64,000 nucleotides of DNA, taken from Heptranchias perlo (Eukaryota). The position numbers and the translations under genes are program-made. Where the stretch lies: assembly GCF_035084215.1 (NCBI RefSeq), contig NW_027139442.1:5952001-6016000 (forward strand). Direction: 5' to 3'. Shown piece after piece: positions 25,241 through 38,999 of this stretch. Each line of letters starts with the position of its first letter. Position 1 is the first letter of the stretch. The notes below the pieces were generated by a model, which was not told the origin of the DNA, searched no databases, and saw only the letters and a list, made by a program, of their open reading frames with translations.

Positions 25241-26669
25241 TAAATTATCATTTACAATAGTCTTCAGAGATTAAAGTGTAATCCTACACCAAAACTCACA
25301 CACGTTGTTTGATTAAAACAACATCCAAAAGTTTATCCATAATTACAAATTAATGCTAGACAAAAGATTGTGCATACATTAATGAATTAAACATACAGTT
25401 TCAAGCAATATACTGTAACATGAAATAAGAATACAGAACGAATCCAGACTTGCACTTTGTCCCAGAGACGGAGTTACACAATGAATCCCACACTCACACG
25501 CAGTACCAGAGACTGACAAGAATAGAATGAATCCTACATTCACATAAAGCACCAGAGACTGACAGATAAAGAATAAATCCCACACACACACATACACACA
25601 CACAGTACCGGAGACTGACAGACACAGAATGAATCTCACACTCAATACAGTCCCAGAAACTGACAGAGAATTAATCCCAAACTCACATACATTCTGATAT
25701 CGACTGGCTGTAAGGGAGAACTGTAACAGAGTGGAACAAATTCACATTATCTGTCGTTGATACAGATTCAGGACAATGTGCAATGGGAGGAAATAGTTTC
25801 TCTCTGTAACTTCTGCTCTCGTAATTTTTCATATTTTGTCAGTGAAAATGAAGACAATTGATTCATAATAATGTTCTTGCTTTGCTCATTCGAAAGTTGC
25901 CCCATTATGTTTCACTCTACATTGCGCAATATTTCTGTCTGATTTCTCAGGACACGATTTATATTAATTCAAATAAACCGAACTGAAACACAAATAAAAA
26001 CTGAGCGCAAATCTGGAAGTTCCAATGACCGTCAAAAGTGAAAGGGATAAAACATAGAAAAAATTAAAACCGAAAATGCTGGAAAGACTCAGCAGGTCCG
26101 GCAGCATCTGTGGAGAAGGGAAGCTCGGGTTAACGGTTCAGGTCAATGACCCTTCTATAGATCAGAAAGGTTAATCCGACATAATTTAAATAAGGAACTG
26201 GAATCTGCAGAGGGAAAAACTTCAGAAAATCAATTAATTTCACTGAATCCGGGCAATTGTGTCCTGTGTCCACTGTACAGATCAGGAGAAATAATAATAC
26301 AAAGGAACAAAGTTAAATTCAACGTTATGGGGGAAATAAATTAATATTTAAAATATTTTTTTAATATAAATTAGACCCGTTTGTGTTTTGGAAACACTAT
26401 CCCTCTGAACATCATCAAATTCGGTTCCAGTCTTGGTGTTTCTGAATTCAGCGTGCTGGGATTCAAAACTGTTGGAATTAATTGTTTGGAAGGCAGCTAT
26501 ACTCACCATGAAAGCGCCTTATTTCACGAGGAGAGAGAAGTAGAGTGTTTCTGTGGAGTTTCACACTGAATTGCGCCCTTTGGGTTTTTGGTACTTTAAT
26601 CACAGACAATAAATAGTTCCCAAACATCAGCCCCTGAACAGACACAACAAGCTGTGGAATTTCTCATTC

Positions 26670-27680
26670 ATAGATATTAAATAAAAGGATGACAAAAGCA
26701 AATAGGAAGAGGTTAGGAAGAAGTCACAAAAACAATTAGGGAAGAAAACAGGAACCACGAAATCAAATTATCAAGGAATATGAAAAGAAATAATAAATTA
26801 TTCGACAGACACAAAAATAACAAAATGAAAATCAGAATAGTTTGAGTGCCACTGAGGGATGCACAAGATAAACTCACAGGTAACGTCAGCGAAATAGCAG
26901 AAATATTGAATTGTTACTTTGCTCATATTTACCCGGGAGTTTAACAGGGTGAACATGATATTAAAGGAAGAGGTCAATAAAGATATCAAGACATTTAAGT
27001 TAGAAAGGGTGGTTAAACTGGTCCTGATGGATTGTATCCGTGCATATTAAATGTAGCAAGGGAAGAGATAGCAGAGGCACTGTTACATATATAGACAAAA
27101 TCATCACAAAGTGGAATAGTGCCAAAGGACTGGATGACAGTTAATGGGATTGTTATATTTTAAAACAGGAGATAGAACAAGTGCAGGGAACTATAGACCA
27201 GTTAACGAAAGGTCGGTGGTGGGGATGATCATGGAATCCTTTACTCAATGATGCAGTAGATAAACATCTGGAAATCGAATATATAATAAGGAATAGTCAG
27301 CACGGATTTCAGAAAGGGAAGGTTTAATAGTTTGACAGAAGGTTTGACAGTTTAATTTACAGTTCAACAGAACTTATCTCCTTTTCAATTCTGTTCCTTT
27401 AGAAATAAACCTCTGTGTTTGTTTTCTATGACATTATCAACCTGTGTTGCTACTTTAATGATTTGTCAATCTGTACCCCTAAATTCCTTTGCTCTTCGAC
27501 CCCATTTAGACTCTTGTTTTCAAAGCAGTGTGTGGCCTCCTTATTCCCACGAGCAAAATGCACCACGTCACAACTTTCGAAATGGAAATTCAATGGCCAT
27601 TGACACCGCCTTTCAGCAAGTTTATTAAAGTCTTCTTGAATTTTGTTCGATTCTTCCTCAATATAGGCTATACCCACTAA
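26670..27680. mobile_element. Duplicate of the old CR1-like fragments upstream of H2B copy 2
   Basis: Colinear with 6600-7590; includes GNYRPV and SQHGF-like motifs. Confidence 0.65.
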
Positions 27681-28131
27681 ATAATTACAAGCATTTCACA
27701 CGACATTACAACAAATGTTTGCTCCAACAAAATGTTCTCCATTCCCAGTTTCTCTGAATCCCACTCGTGCAACATAATGTGAAGAATGAGTTTATCTTCT
27801 GTCCCTCTCTCAACTGCAAACTTCAATGTCAGGGGTTTGGGGACATCTACTGGCCGGAAGCAGAACTGCAACAGTTCGGAACAAATTGCTGAAACCGGAC
27901 AATGTGCAGTGTGAGCGTGTTTGTGATTGGTGGCAGATACTGAATCTGATTGGATATCTGAAGAAACCTATCAGAGAGTGAAAGGAAAAGGTGACGTTTA
28001 TCACTCCCAATGACCCAATCACAATCATTGCCTTCCACCATCCCTTATTAGCATAGGGTTGTGGGGCTGCCTATTTAATCCGAGCTCGGAGTGGATTTGT
28101 GTCATTTCTGGGTCTGAAATTGAGTTTTGAG

Positions 28132-28506
28132 ATGCCTGTGGACAAGAAAGCAGCTCCCAAGAAGGGCGCCAAGAAAACCTTGAGTAAAGCACCAGCCAAG
28201 GGCGGCAAGAAGCGGAGAAAGTCGAGGAAGGAGAGTTACTCCATCTACGTCTACAAAGTGATGAAACAGGTTCACCCCGACACCGGCATCTCCTCCAAGG
28301 CCATGAGCATCATGAACTCCTTTGTGAACGATATATTCGAGCGCATCGCGGGTGAGGCTTCCCGCCTGGCCCATTATAATAAACGCCACACCATCAGCTC
28401 CCGGGAGATCCAGACCGCTGTGCGCCTGTTGCTGCCCGGAGAACTGGCCAAACACGCCGTGTCGGAAGGGACAAAGGCGGTGACCAAGTACACCAGCTCC
28501 AAGTAA
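28132..28506 (+). CDS. H2B: Histone H2B (copy 2), 124 aa
   Basis: [12 protein letters not shown]...AVTKYTSSK; same promoter layout as copy 1. Confidence 0.99.
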   Translation: MPVDKKAAPKKGAKKTLSKAPAKGGKKRRKSRKESYSIYVYKVMKQVHPDTGISSKAMSIMNSFVNDIFERIAGEASRLAHYNKRHTISSREIQTAVRLLLPGELAKHAVSEGTKAVTKYTSSK

Positions 28507-28541
28507 AACTCCACAATCAACTGAAAAAAAATAAACACAAA

Positions 28542-28557
28542 GGCTCTTTCAAGAGCC
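28542..28557 (+). terminator. Histone 3' stem-loop (H2B copy 2), variant loop TTCA
   Basis: GGCTCT-TTCA-AGAGCC-ACCCA. Confidence 0.93.
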
Positions 28558-28712
28558 ACCCACAGTCTCTCTGAAGACGCTGTACCGACCCCTCTGTATG
28601 GAATCATTTTACTGTAGATAGTTTGATACTAACTGTCTCTCTATAACTCTTGTGCTTTTCTAATTTCTCTTGAAATCTGGAAGATTCTCATAATCACTGC
28701 CAGGTATAATCT

Positions 28713-28813
28713 GGCAGGTATAAACATTTGCCTGAGGAAGGAGAAAATCTCCGAAAGCTTGTGAATTTAAAATAAAATTGCTGGACTATAACTTGGTGTT
28801 GTAAAATTGTTTA
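28713..28813 (+). mobile_element. 101-bp Penelope-like terminal fragment with hammerhead motif
   Basis: Reverse-complement homologue of 48096-48186; CTGAGGA-A-GGAGA-AAA-TCTCC-GAAAGCTT at 28732-28760; 12-bp TSD CAGGTATAATCT (28701-28712 and 28814-28825); empty site at ~8600. Confidence 0.88.
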
Positions 28814-29584
28814 CAGGTATAATCTATGTGTCGCTTTCTATTTAGTTCCAATAACCAAAAACGTGTCCCTGATCCTCTCATTCCCGTTCATATTCCGCCC
28901 CTTCCCCCGCGTCTGCCCCTTCATAGCCGTCTTAAGGCGATGGATTAGACTTCATTTCTTTCTCCTTTTCACGTTTGTTTGTTCATTATTCGGGAATATC
29001 ACTTTGAGAACCGCAATCCTTTGAAATGCAGCAACCCTGAAAGGGACGTCACACCGAGTACAGAAAAGTCGAAAGGCTCTGTCACTGTTCGACTTCTTAC
29101 ACCAGGAGTCTCGGCTCCGGTTTCGATCGCGCTGCAGCTCCAGTGAACAGGGATCAATCCACAATCTGTGGTTTGTTACTTTTACAAAGATTGAGCTGGA
29201 ATCTGTCCCGTTACAAAATGGGACTTTATTCCCGCCGGATTGAAAGCGAACGATGAAGGGAGCCGGATTTTAAACGGATTGTAAAAGATTCTGGAAGTTG
29301 TGACGGCAAATGAGCAATAACAGAGTAAAAGGAGAGAGATTTTTAAATCTTTGTCTTAAGGCGACATTATTTACTAAATCCGCTTCTTGTGTTACAAATA
29401 TTTTGGCGGGCTTTTCAAATTTCAAAAAAACGGTTCAGTTCGGTATTTTCCGCACTTTTCTCATTGCCGGCTATTGATTGGCGAATAAAACAGGTCTCTG
29501 ATTGGGCTGTTCGCTAAACCAATGAGATTGACAACAGATTGACCAATTACAAGTGCCCCCACTTTATACCACCAGAAGGTATAA

Positions 29585-30034
<450 letters not shown>

Positions 30035-30065
30035 ATCGGCCAAGATTTAATCTGATAAACCCAAA

Positions 30066-30081
30066 GGCTCTTTTCAGAGCC
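30066..30081 (+). terminator. Histone 3' stem-loop (H2A copy 2)
   Basis: GGCTCTTTTCAGAGCC-ACCCA; HDE-like GAAAGGGCTG. Confidence 0.97.
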
Positions 30082-30179
30082 ACCCACTGTATCTGTGAAA
30101 GGGCTGATTACTGTCTGAAGAGACTGACCTATTGATCACAGTTGTCCCCGGTCCACGTTGATATATTACATCGCTACAG

Positions 30180-30537
30180 CGGTTAAAGGAATGTGAGCCA
30201 ATGTAATTCACCGAACACATGGGTGACAGGTGAACGGGAGTTGGAGGGAGTTAGAATAGGCCAACGGAGATTTGGAGGAGTTCATATTTACAGAGCGTGG
30301 AAGATCGGAGGCTGACCAGGAGAGCATTCGAATAGCAAAGTCTGGAGGTAACAAGGGAATGGATGAGGGTTTCAGAACCAGATCAGCTGAGGCAGGGGCG
30401 GAGACGTGCGATGTTTCAAAGGTGGAATTAGGTCTTGGTGATGGAGCGGTTATGTGGTCGGATGCTCATCTCAGGGTCAGATAGGACACAAAGGTTGCGA
30501 ACGGTCATATTCCGGCTCACACAGTGGCCAGGGAGAA
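30180..30537 (-). mobile_element. L2-like LINE ORF2 C-terminal fragment
   Basis: Minus-strand translation resembles NIARLRPCLS...ETLIHSLVTSRLCYSNALL. Confidence 0.75.
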
Positions 30538-31285
30538 GTCTCTGTCCATCCCGGTCCCTGAATCTATCCAGTCCCCAAACAGGACCTGGGTCTGCCTATC
30601 CCGACCACTGAATCTATCCAGTCCCCACATCGGATCTGCGTCTGTCCATCCCGGTCCCTGAATCTATCCAGTCCCGACACAGGACCTGGGTATGTCCATC
30701 CCGGTACCTGAATCTATCCAATTTCACTCTGACTCCAGCTCTAATTCAATTCATAATAGCCACACATGACAAATCTCCATCCATCCCGGTCTCTGAATCT
30801 ATCCAGTCCTCAATGACCTCAGCTCTAATTAAACTCATTTTACCCACACAGGAACTGTCTCTGTCCATCCCGGTCCCTGAATATATGCAGTCCACACACA
30901 GGACCTGGGTCTGTCCATCCAATACCTGAATCTATCCAGTCCCCACACAGGACCTGGGTCTGTCCATCCTGGTCCCTGAATCTATGCAGTCCCCACACAG
31001 GACCTGGGTCTGTCCATCCAATACCTGAATCTATCCAGTCCCCACACAGGACCTGGGTCTGTCCATCCTGGTCCCTGAATCTATGCAGTCCCCACACAGG
31101 ACCTGGGTCTGTCCATTCCGTTCCCTGATTCTGTCCAGTTCCCAATGACTTCAGCTCTAATAAACACATTGTACCCACACAGGAACTGTCTCTGTCCATC
31201 CCAGGACCTGAATCTATCCAGTCCGCACACAGGATCATTCTCCATTCATCCCAGTGCCTGATTCTATCCAGTCCCATACTGACCC
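30538..31285. repeat. ~50-bp minisatellite
   Basis: GTCCATCCCGGTCCCTGAATCTATCCAGTCCCCACACAGGACCTGGGTCT; 49/50-bp units alternate as a 99-bp dimer at ~30910-31110. Confidence 0.93.
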
Positions 31286-31801
31286 AAGCACGGAAAGGTA
31301 CAGATTGCCTTCCACACCGATTTATGTTTATTAAACGATTGGGCGCCTCCTGTCAGCTACAAATCTGAAACTAAAACTATCCCTCTTCCAACGGTTCCGT
31401 AGCGGCATTGATTGATTTTATTATGATAGTGATTGTGTTGGGACTGTAGTGTGCCTCATTTATTGAATTTAAATTATATATTCCGCCTTTTTTTCTGGAA
31501 ACCCTTGAATATCAAGCCGGAGTCTGTAAGGATTGTGTCTGAATTTGTATTTCCTATTTGATGCTGGTGAAAATTTTATAAAGGACGGTAACTAATTCCT
31601 GGAGGCGGAGCTTGAAGTTGCACGTCCGCTTGTCCGTCATTCTGAGCCAGTCTCCTCCTCTCCCGCACTTCATGCTCTGTCTTTCATTCAAACACTCTTC
31701 CCCGGACTCTCCGATAATGTGCCTTTCTCAACCAGGTCGGGGCGGGCTTTATAAATACAGAAGAAAGGCGAGAGTCTTTCATTCAGCAGCGATCTGAGTG
31801 A

Positions 31802-32122
<321 letters not shown>

Positions 32123-32157
32123 ACGACTCGACCATTTCCAACCGGACACAAAACAAA

Positions 32158-32173
32158 GGCTCTTCTAAGAGCC
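32158..32173 (+). terminator. Histone 3' stem-loop (H4 copy 2)
   Basis: GGCTCTTCTAAGAGCC-ACCCA; HDE AGAGAGCACTG. Confidence 0.96.
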
Positions 32174-33464
32174 ACCCACCGCCTCACAGAGAGAGCACTG
32201 ACCTGGGAACTGGTGCGGGGTTATATGGGGCTAGGGAATAGTTTTATAATTAAAGAGTTTTCTGTGACACACAGTACGGTGAGGTGGGATTGGCGGCGTG
32301 CTGCACCGGTTACTGAGAGGGAACTTTCCCTTATTGAATGCACTGAATTGTCCAGGGAACGTTACAAGTGAGTTTACCCGGAGCTGAATTTCCCCCCCCC
32401 CCCCCCCACCTCGCTGAAATGCTCCTTCACTCCATTCGTTCTGTTTTGGTTCTATTTATCTGTCAGATGTTGTGATGTGGGACCGGGGGTTTCCATGGGA
32501 GAACAGGTTGAGCTGAGCCGCTGTGATAAGGGCCCAGCTTGTGATATGGATTTTCCCTCTGACGGTTGTTTCTGACACTGATACTGAGAGGGTTTGTGAA
32601 ATTGAACCGTTTGAGCTCAGTCATTGGGGACCTGGAATTACCACAGGCCCAACTGGCAAAGCCCGCTCAAAACCGAGACTACTTCTCATTGGTTGCTTTG
32701 CTTGAAAACTAATTTCCTTAACCAATCGGAGAGACGACAATAAGAAAACGGAGCAAATTGTTGGCCACAATTGACCGATTTTTTAAAATTTGAAAAAGTC
32801 CGCCAATTTCAGTGTATGAAATAAGTGAATTACTCGGCCATGTCGTTTTTACACAAAGACTTAAAATCTCTTTGTAATAATGTTATTCCGTATTACACGT
32901 CCCAAATTCCGAGCGCTGTTTCAAAAACACATTGTCTATAACTTGCGGAATATAACCCCAATCATAGATTGCTGATATGGACAAATTTCACTTCTACCTG
33001 TAAAAATAACAAACTCCAGGTTATCAATTGATTCCGTTGCAGGGACTGAACAGGAACCGTGTGTCCTGAAAACGGAATCATGGACGAAGCCTGAAAATGA
33101 GCCAATTCTTTTCTCCAGTCGTTCATTCTTGATTGTTACACTGCGGGGAACGTGCTGCTAATATGCGGGATATTAAGATCAGTAATTAATTATTTCAGAG
33201 ATTGGCTCCACAGTGAGAAAGAGGAAGGAACTGAATTCTGATTCATAGCCCTGAAACTGGTGGTTCACGGGAAAACCGGGGGCGGTGTAAATCTGAATGA
33301 GAGCGAGAGCAAAGCAAAAGGGAATTGAACGGACCCCGGCCCCGTGTTCACTTTATTGGGCAGTAAATTCTACAGAGACAAACATTAAAATGGAGTAGTT
33401 TCAGTGAATTTCTTTCAATTTATCCACCAGATTCAAAGGATGATGACCGAGTAAAGCAGCAACT

Positions 33465-34520
33465 CTGTATCTGTCAGTCTCTGGTCCCGTATGTGAGTCG
33501 GATTCATTCTGAATCTGTCAGTCTCTGGTACTGTGTGTGCGCTGTGGGATTCATTCTGTATCTATCAGTCTCTGGTACTGTGTGTGAGTGGGATTCATTC
33601 TGTATCTGTCAGTCTCTAGTACTGTGTGTGAGTGTGGGATTCATTCTGTATCTATCAGTCTCTGGTACTGTGTGTGAGTGTGGGATTCATTCTGTATCTG
33701 TCAGTCTCGGGTACTGTGTGTGAGTGTGGGATTCATTCGAGATCTGTCAGTCTTTGGTACTGTGTGCGAGTGTGGGATTCATTCTGTATCTGTCATTCTC
33801 TGGTACTGTGTGTGAGTGTGGGAATCATCCTGTATCTGTCAGTCTCTGGTACTATGTGTGAGTGTGGGTTTCATTCTGTATCTGTCAGTCTCTGGTACTG
33901 TATTTGAATGTGGAATTAATTCTAAATCTCTCTGTCTCTTGTCCTGTGTGTGAGTGTGGGGTACATTCTGTATTCGTCAGTTTCTGGTACTGTGTGTGAG
34001 AGAGGGATTTATTCTGTATCTGTCAGTCTCTTGGCCTGTTTGTGAATGTTGGATTCATTCTGGATCTGTCCGTCTCTGGTACTGTGTGTGAGTGTGGGAT
34101 TCATTCTGTATCTGTCAGTTTCTGGTACTGTGTGTGAGTGTGGGATTCATTCTGTATCTGTCAGTCTCTTGGCCTGTGTGTGAGTGTGGGATTCATTCTG
34201 GATCTGTCCCTCTCCCGTACTGTGTGTGAGTGTGGGATTCATTCTGTATCTGTCAGTCTCTTGTCCTGTGTGTGAGTGTGGGGTGCATTCTGTATTTGTT
34301 CGTCTCTGGTACTGTGTGTGAATGTGGGATACATTCTGTATCTGTCAGTCTCTGGTACTGTGTGTGAGTGAGGGATTTATTCTGTATCTGTCAGTCTCTG
34401 GTACTGTGTGTGAGTGTGGGATTCACTCTGTATCTGTCAGTCTCCAGTACTGTATGTGAGTTTCGGATTCCTTCTGCATGTCAGTCTCTGTACTGTATCT
34501 GAGTGTGAGATTCATTCTGT
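33465..34520 (-). repeat. 46-bp minisatellite array, inverted orientation
   Basis: GTGTGGGATTCATTCTGTATCTGTCAGTCTCTGGTACTGTGTGTGA repeated. Confidence 0.95.
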
Positions 34521-36367
34521 GTCTATATTTATTCTCTCAGATTACATTATGGTGTTCAATATTGTAGCTTTAATATCTCAATGTTTAAATAGTTTTTATC
34601 AATATGGATACACTTTAGGATTTGATGCTGGAGGTTTTAATCAGATAATTTGTGTGCTTTTTGGACAACTATTAAATCTGTATCTCTGAGTAATATTGTG
34701 AATGATAATGTATCTTTCAAACTGACATTTTTGAATTGGTATATAATGTGCAGATCAGTCTGCATGAAATGAATTGATACTGCATCTTTAATTTTTGTTT
34801 TGTAAGATTTTTGGACTTGTGTGTCTGTGATACTGTATCATTAAATCTCTTAACATGAGTATATTATAAACTGGTATCTAATGTGTTTCTCAGGTTATAC
34901 TGTCACAGCATTTCTCAATCTGATATTGTACATGAGTTTTGGACTTGCAATTTGTATCCGAATGATGCACTATTCGAATGAATAAGGCATGTATTGAACT
35001 CACGTGTGTGTGAGAGTTCTGGGCTCGTATTCAATTTGAATCTCGGGGTATCTGGTATTTAATTCACGGCTAATATTGCCATTTTGTGAAATTGACAATC
35101 TGAAAACGAGACTTTGGACTGGAATTTTTGTATCTACCTGTCAGCGGGACTGAGTTCGGGAGAAATGGAACAGAGTCTGCCTCACCTCCTCTGTTTGGCT
35201 GTTGGATTGAAAATGTGTCTCTGGAACTTGAGATCAGTGTGGGACTGACTACTTCTGCTGTCTGAGACTGTGGAACTGATGAGCTGTCTGTGTCTCTGTG
35301 CTCTGAGAGTGATAATATACATACTGTGTGTGAGAAGGCGCTGGCTGCACTGTTCCTTTGCCTCGGGTGGAGGAAACGTCACATTCACTCTGGCTCGTTC
35401 AAGGGTTTGCCTGTAGAAAGAAACGTATCGCATGTAACTCAAGAACAGGTGAGGTAGAAAATACGTAAGTGATCAGTTTAATAACTGTTAACCCATCAAC
35501 ACATCCAGTGGCACATTTGGACAGGGAAACTACTGGCAAACAGGTACAGAATGGTCTGATTCCGGTCCTACACTTTCACGTGAGGCATCTACACCCCCAG
35601 TGTCAATCTAACTCGGACATCGATACAGGGAGAGGCTCGGGCACGCGTGCAAAGTACAAGAGATGCAAGTTTTCATTTCCGATATAGTATCAGCTTGGCA
35701 CTGTTGGAAATATTTTCATCTCTAATGAACCAGACTTGGATCAAATAAAGTTTGTCTATTTTTCCTCTCCAGTTATTGTGACAGAGGCTGTTTCACTGTA
35801 ACTCGCACGAATAGAACTTAAGTGTTTTCGCTCAACGCTAGAATCAGAAGCAGTGTAAAACTTAGTGTCACATTCACTGCGGTACTCGTCACTGACACAG
35901 GAACAGACTGACAGGGACAGAATAATTCCCTCACTCAGCCAATAACAGACAAATTTCATTCACTGATTCAGCAATCGCTGACACAATAATCAACACATCC
36001 GTCACCTTCTGGCGGACAAATCTGGGTATTGGAAGTCAGACCGAGTCAGTGTTGTGGGAGGATGAGACTGTAAATAACACTTACAATAATGGCCGCAACA
36101 CAATAGAGTGCCCATTGTTGCCGATGATCAAACTCACCTGTTATTTCTGTATTCCACCCTCCCAGTTTAATGAACTGATTATTTTGTGCCTCATTTCCGA
36201 AACAATCTGTAAATTTCAACCTATTGGAGGTTGGCGACATCTACTGTCCAGAAGCGAGTATTGAACAGATCATTTGTATTCAACAATATATCGTTAGTTT
36301 CTAACTAAGCGATTTATTATTAAATTAAGCTCTGACTCGCTTCAGCCCTTTCATAGATACAGTGGGT

Positions 36368-36383
36368 GGCTCTGAAAAGAGCC
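36368..36383 (-). terminator. Histone 3' stem-loop (H2A copy 3)
   Basis: Minus strand GGCTCTTTTCAGAGCC-ACCCA. Confidence 0.97.
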
Positions 36384-36413
36384 TTTGGGTTATCAGATTA
36401 AATCTTGACCGGT

Positions 36414-36860
<447 letters not shown>

Positions 36861-37667
36861 TTAACCCTTTTTATTGACTGAAAGATCATCTGATTGGTTG
36901 GGCATTAATACACCTCATTTGCCTATTTCAATAACCAATCAGATAGCTGGAAATTAGATGAGGGCGGGATTTAACGGCCTCAACGGACAGATCAGGAATT
37001 TTATGAATTTCAAAAAACCCGCCAGTGTCGTAAAGGACCGGATTTAGATCAATGTCGCCCTGAGCACAAGATTTTAAACTCATTCATTTTATCTTGTCTT
37101 ATTCAGCGCTACCCGTCACCAATCGCTGGCGCTGTTTTAAAATCTGCTTTAATTTATGGCTCATTCTATTATCGCTTACAAACTGTACCGGACGGGACTA
37201 AAGCCCCATTCATAGCATTCCGTGAAGGGACACGTTTCAATTCAGTCTTTATGAAAGTCACACGTTATAGTTTGTTCCTTTCTCACAGAGCCGGGAGTGC
37301 TTCTATGAAACGAGGGACCCGGACGGAATTCTCATTCTGCCCCTATTCCGCTGTGTTTCTGCAAGGGGTGCGTTTGCTTTTAATATGGGGATTTTCACCT
37401 CAGACATTAAACATTTCTGAGATTGAATTCATGGAGATAATGGAATTGCTCCCGGGGTCATTCAGGGTGTGTTCGTGGCTGGAATAGTAACGCTTTAAGA
37501 ACAAAACGAATGGGAAGGAGCGGATCAGAAACTCGCGTTCAGTTTATGGGTCAGAAATTTCAACGGTGCAGTTACAGTATCAGTTTTGGATTGGAATAAT
37601 ATCGCGGTATTAAAAAGATACTAAGCAATTATATGGGAACTGCAGCTCTTTCAGAGAGGTTGTGGGT

Positions 37668-37683
37668 GGCTCTTAAAAGAGCC
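37668..37683 (-). terminator. Histone 3' stem-loop (H2B copy 3)
   Basis: Minus strand GGCTCTTTTAAGAGCC-ACCCA; canonical HDE GAAAGAGCTG. Confidence 0.97.
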
Positions 37684-37716
37684 GTTGTCGTTTTTTTTTC
37701 AGTACATTGTGGAATT

Positions 37717-38091
37717 TTACTTGGAGCTGGTGTACTTGGTCACCGCCTTTGTCCCTTCCGACACAGCGTGCTTGGCCAGTTCCCCGGGCAGCAGCAGGCG
37801 CACGGCGGTCTGGATCTCCCGGGAGCTGATGGTCGCCCGCTTGTTGTAATGGGCCAGGCGGGAAGCCTCACCCGCGATGCGCTCGAAAATATCGTTCACA
37901 AAGGAGTTCATGATGCCCATGGCCTTGGAGGAGATGCCGGTGTCGGGGTGAACCTGCTTCATCACTTTGTAGATGTAGATGGAGTAACTCTCCTTCCTCG
38001 ACTTTCTCCGCTTCTTGCCGCCCTTGGCTGGTGCTTTACTCAAGGTTTTCTTGGCGCCCTTCTTGGGAACTGCTTTCTTGTCCTCAGGCAT
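37717..38091 (-). CDS. H2B: Histone H2B (copy 3), 124 aa
   Basis: [12 protein letters not shown]...AVTKYTSSK; ATG at 38091. Confidence 0.99.
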   Translation of the reverse strand: MPEDKKAVPKKGAKKTLSKAPAKGGKKRRKSRKESYSIYIYKVMKQVHPDTGISSKAMGIMNSFVNDIFERIAGEASRLAHYNKRATISSREIQTAVRLLLPGELAKHAVSEGTKAVTKYTSSK

Positions 38092-38999
38092 TTTCAAACT
38101 CAATTTGAGACTCAGAAATGACCCAAATCCGCTCCGAGCTCGGATTAAATAGACAGCCGCACAGCCCTATGGTAATGAGGGATGGGGGAAGGCAATGATT
38201 GTGATTGGGTCACTGATAGTGATGTAACAATAATTATTCACTGTAACTCTCTGATTGGATACCTGAAGAAACCAATCAGATTTAGAACCTGCCACCAATC
38301 ACAAACTCGCTCCCACTGCACATTGTTCGGTTTCAGCAATTTGTTCCGAACTGTTGCAGTTCTGCTTCCGGCCAGTAGATGTCCCCAAACCCCGGGTCAT
38401 TGAAGTTTGCAGATGAGAGAGGGACAGCAGATAAACTCATTCTTCACAATATCTTGCACGAGTGTGATTTAGAAAAACTGGGAATGGAGACGAGATGCAA
38501 ATACATTTTGTTAGACCAAACATTGGTTTTAATGCTGTGTTAAATTCTTGTAATTGATTTTGGGATTATAGCCAATACTTCGAAAAAATATACTTGCAGA
38601 ACGGCCGTGTAAATGCGTATTGAATTTCAATATAGAAAGTTGTGAGCTGGTGCATTTTGTTAGGGGGAATAAGGAGGCCACATACTGCTTGGAAAATATG
38701 AGTTTAAAAGGGGTAGAGGAGCAATGTAAATCGTGTCCTGAGAAATCAGAGAGAAATGCTGCGCAATGTAAGTGAAAAATAACGGGGTAAATTCACAACT
38801 ATCGAATGAGTGAAACAAAAACTTTATTTTGAATCAATTGTCTTCATTTTGCAATCACAAAACGTGCAAAATTACGAGAGTAGAAGTGACAGACAGAAAC
38901 TTTCCTCACATTGCACATTGTCCTGTTTCTGCAACCACGACAGATAATGTGAATTTGTTTTCCGCTCTTTCACAGTTCTCGCCTACGTCCAGTAGAGGT

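Noticed and set aside
30840-31277. 145-aa repetitive ORF
   Set aside because: Translation of the 49/50-bp minisatellite dimer (99 bp, 33 aa).
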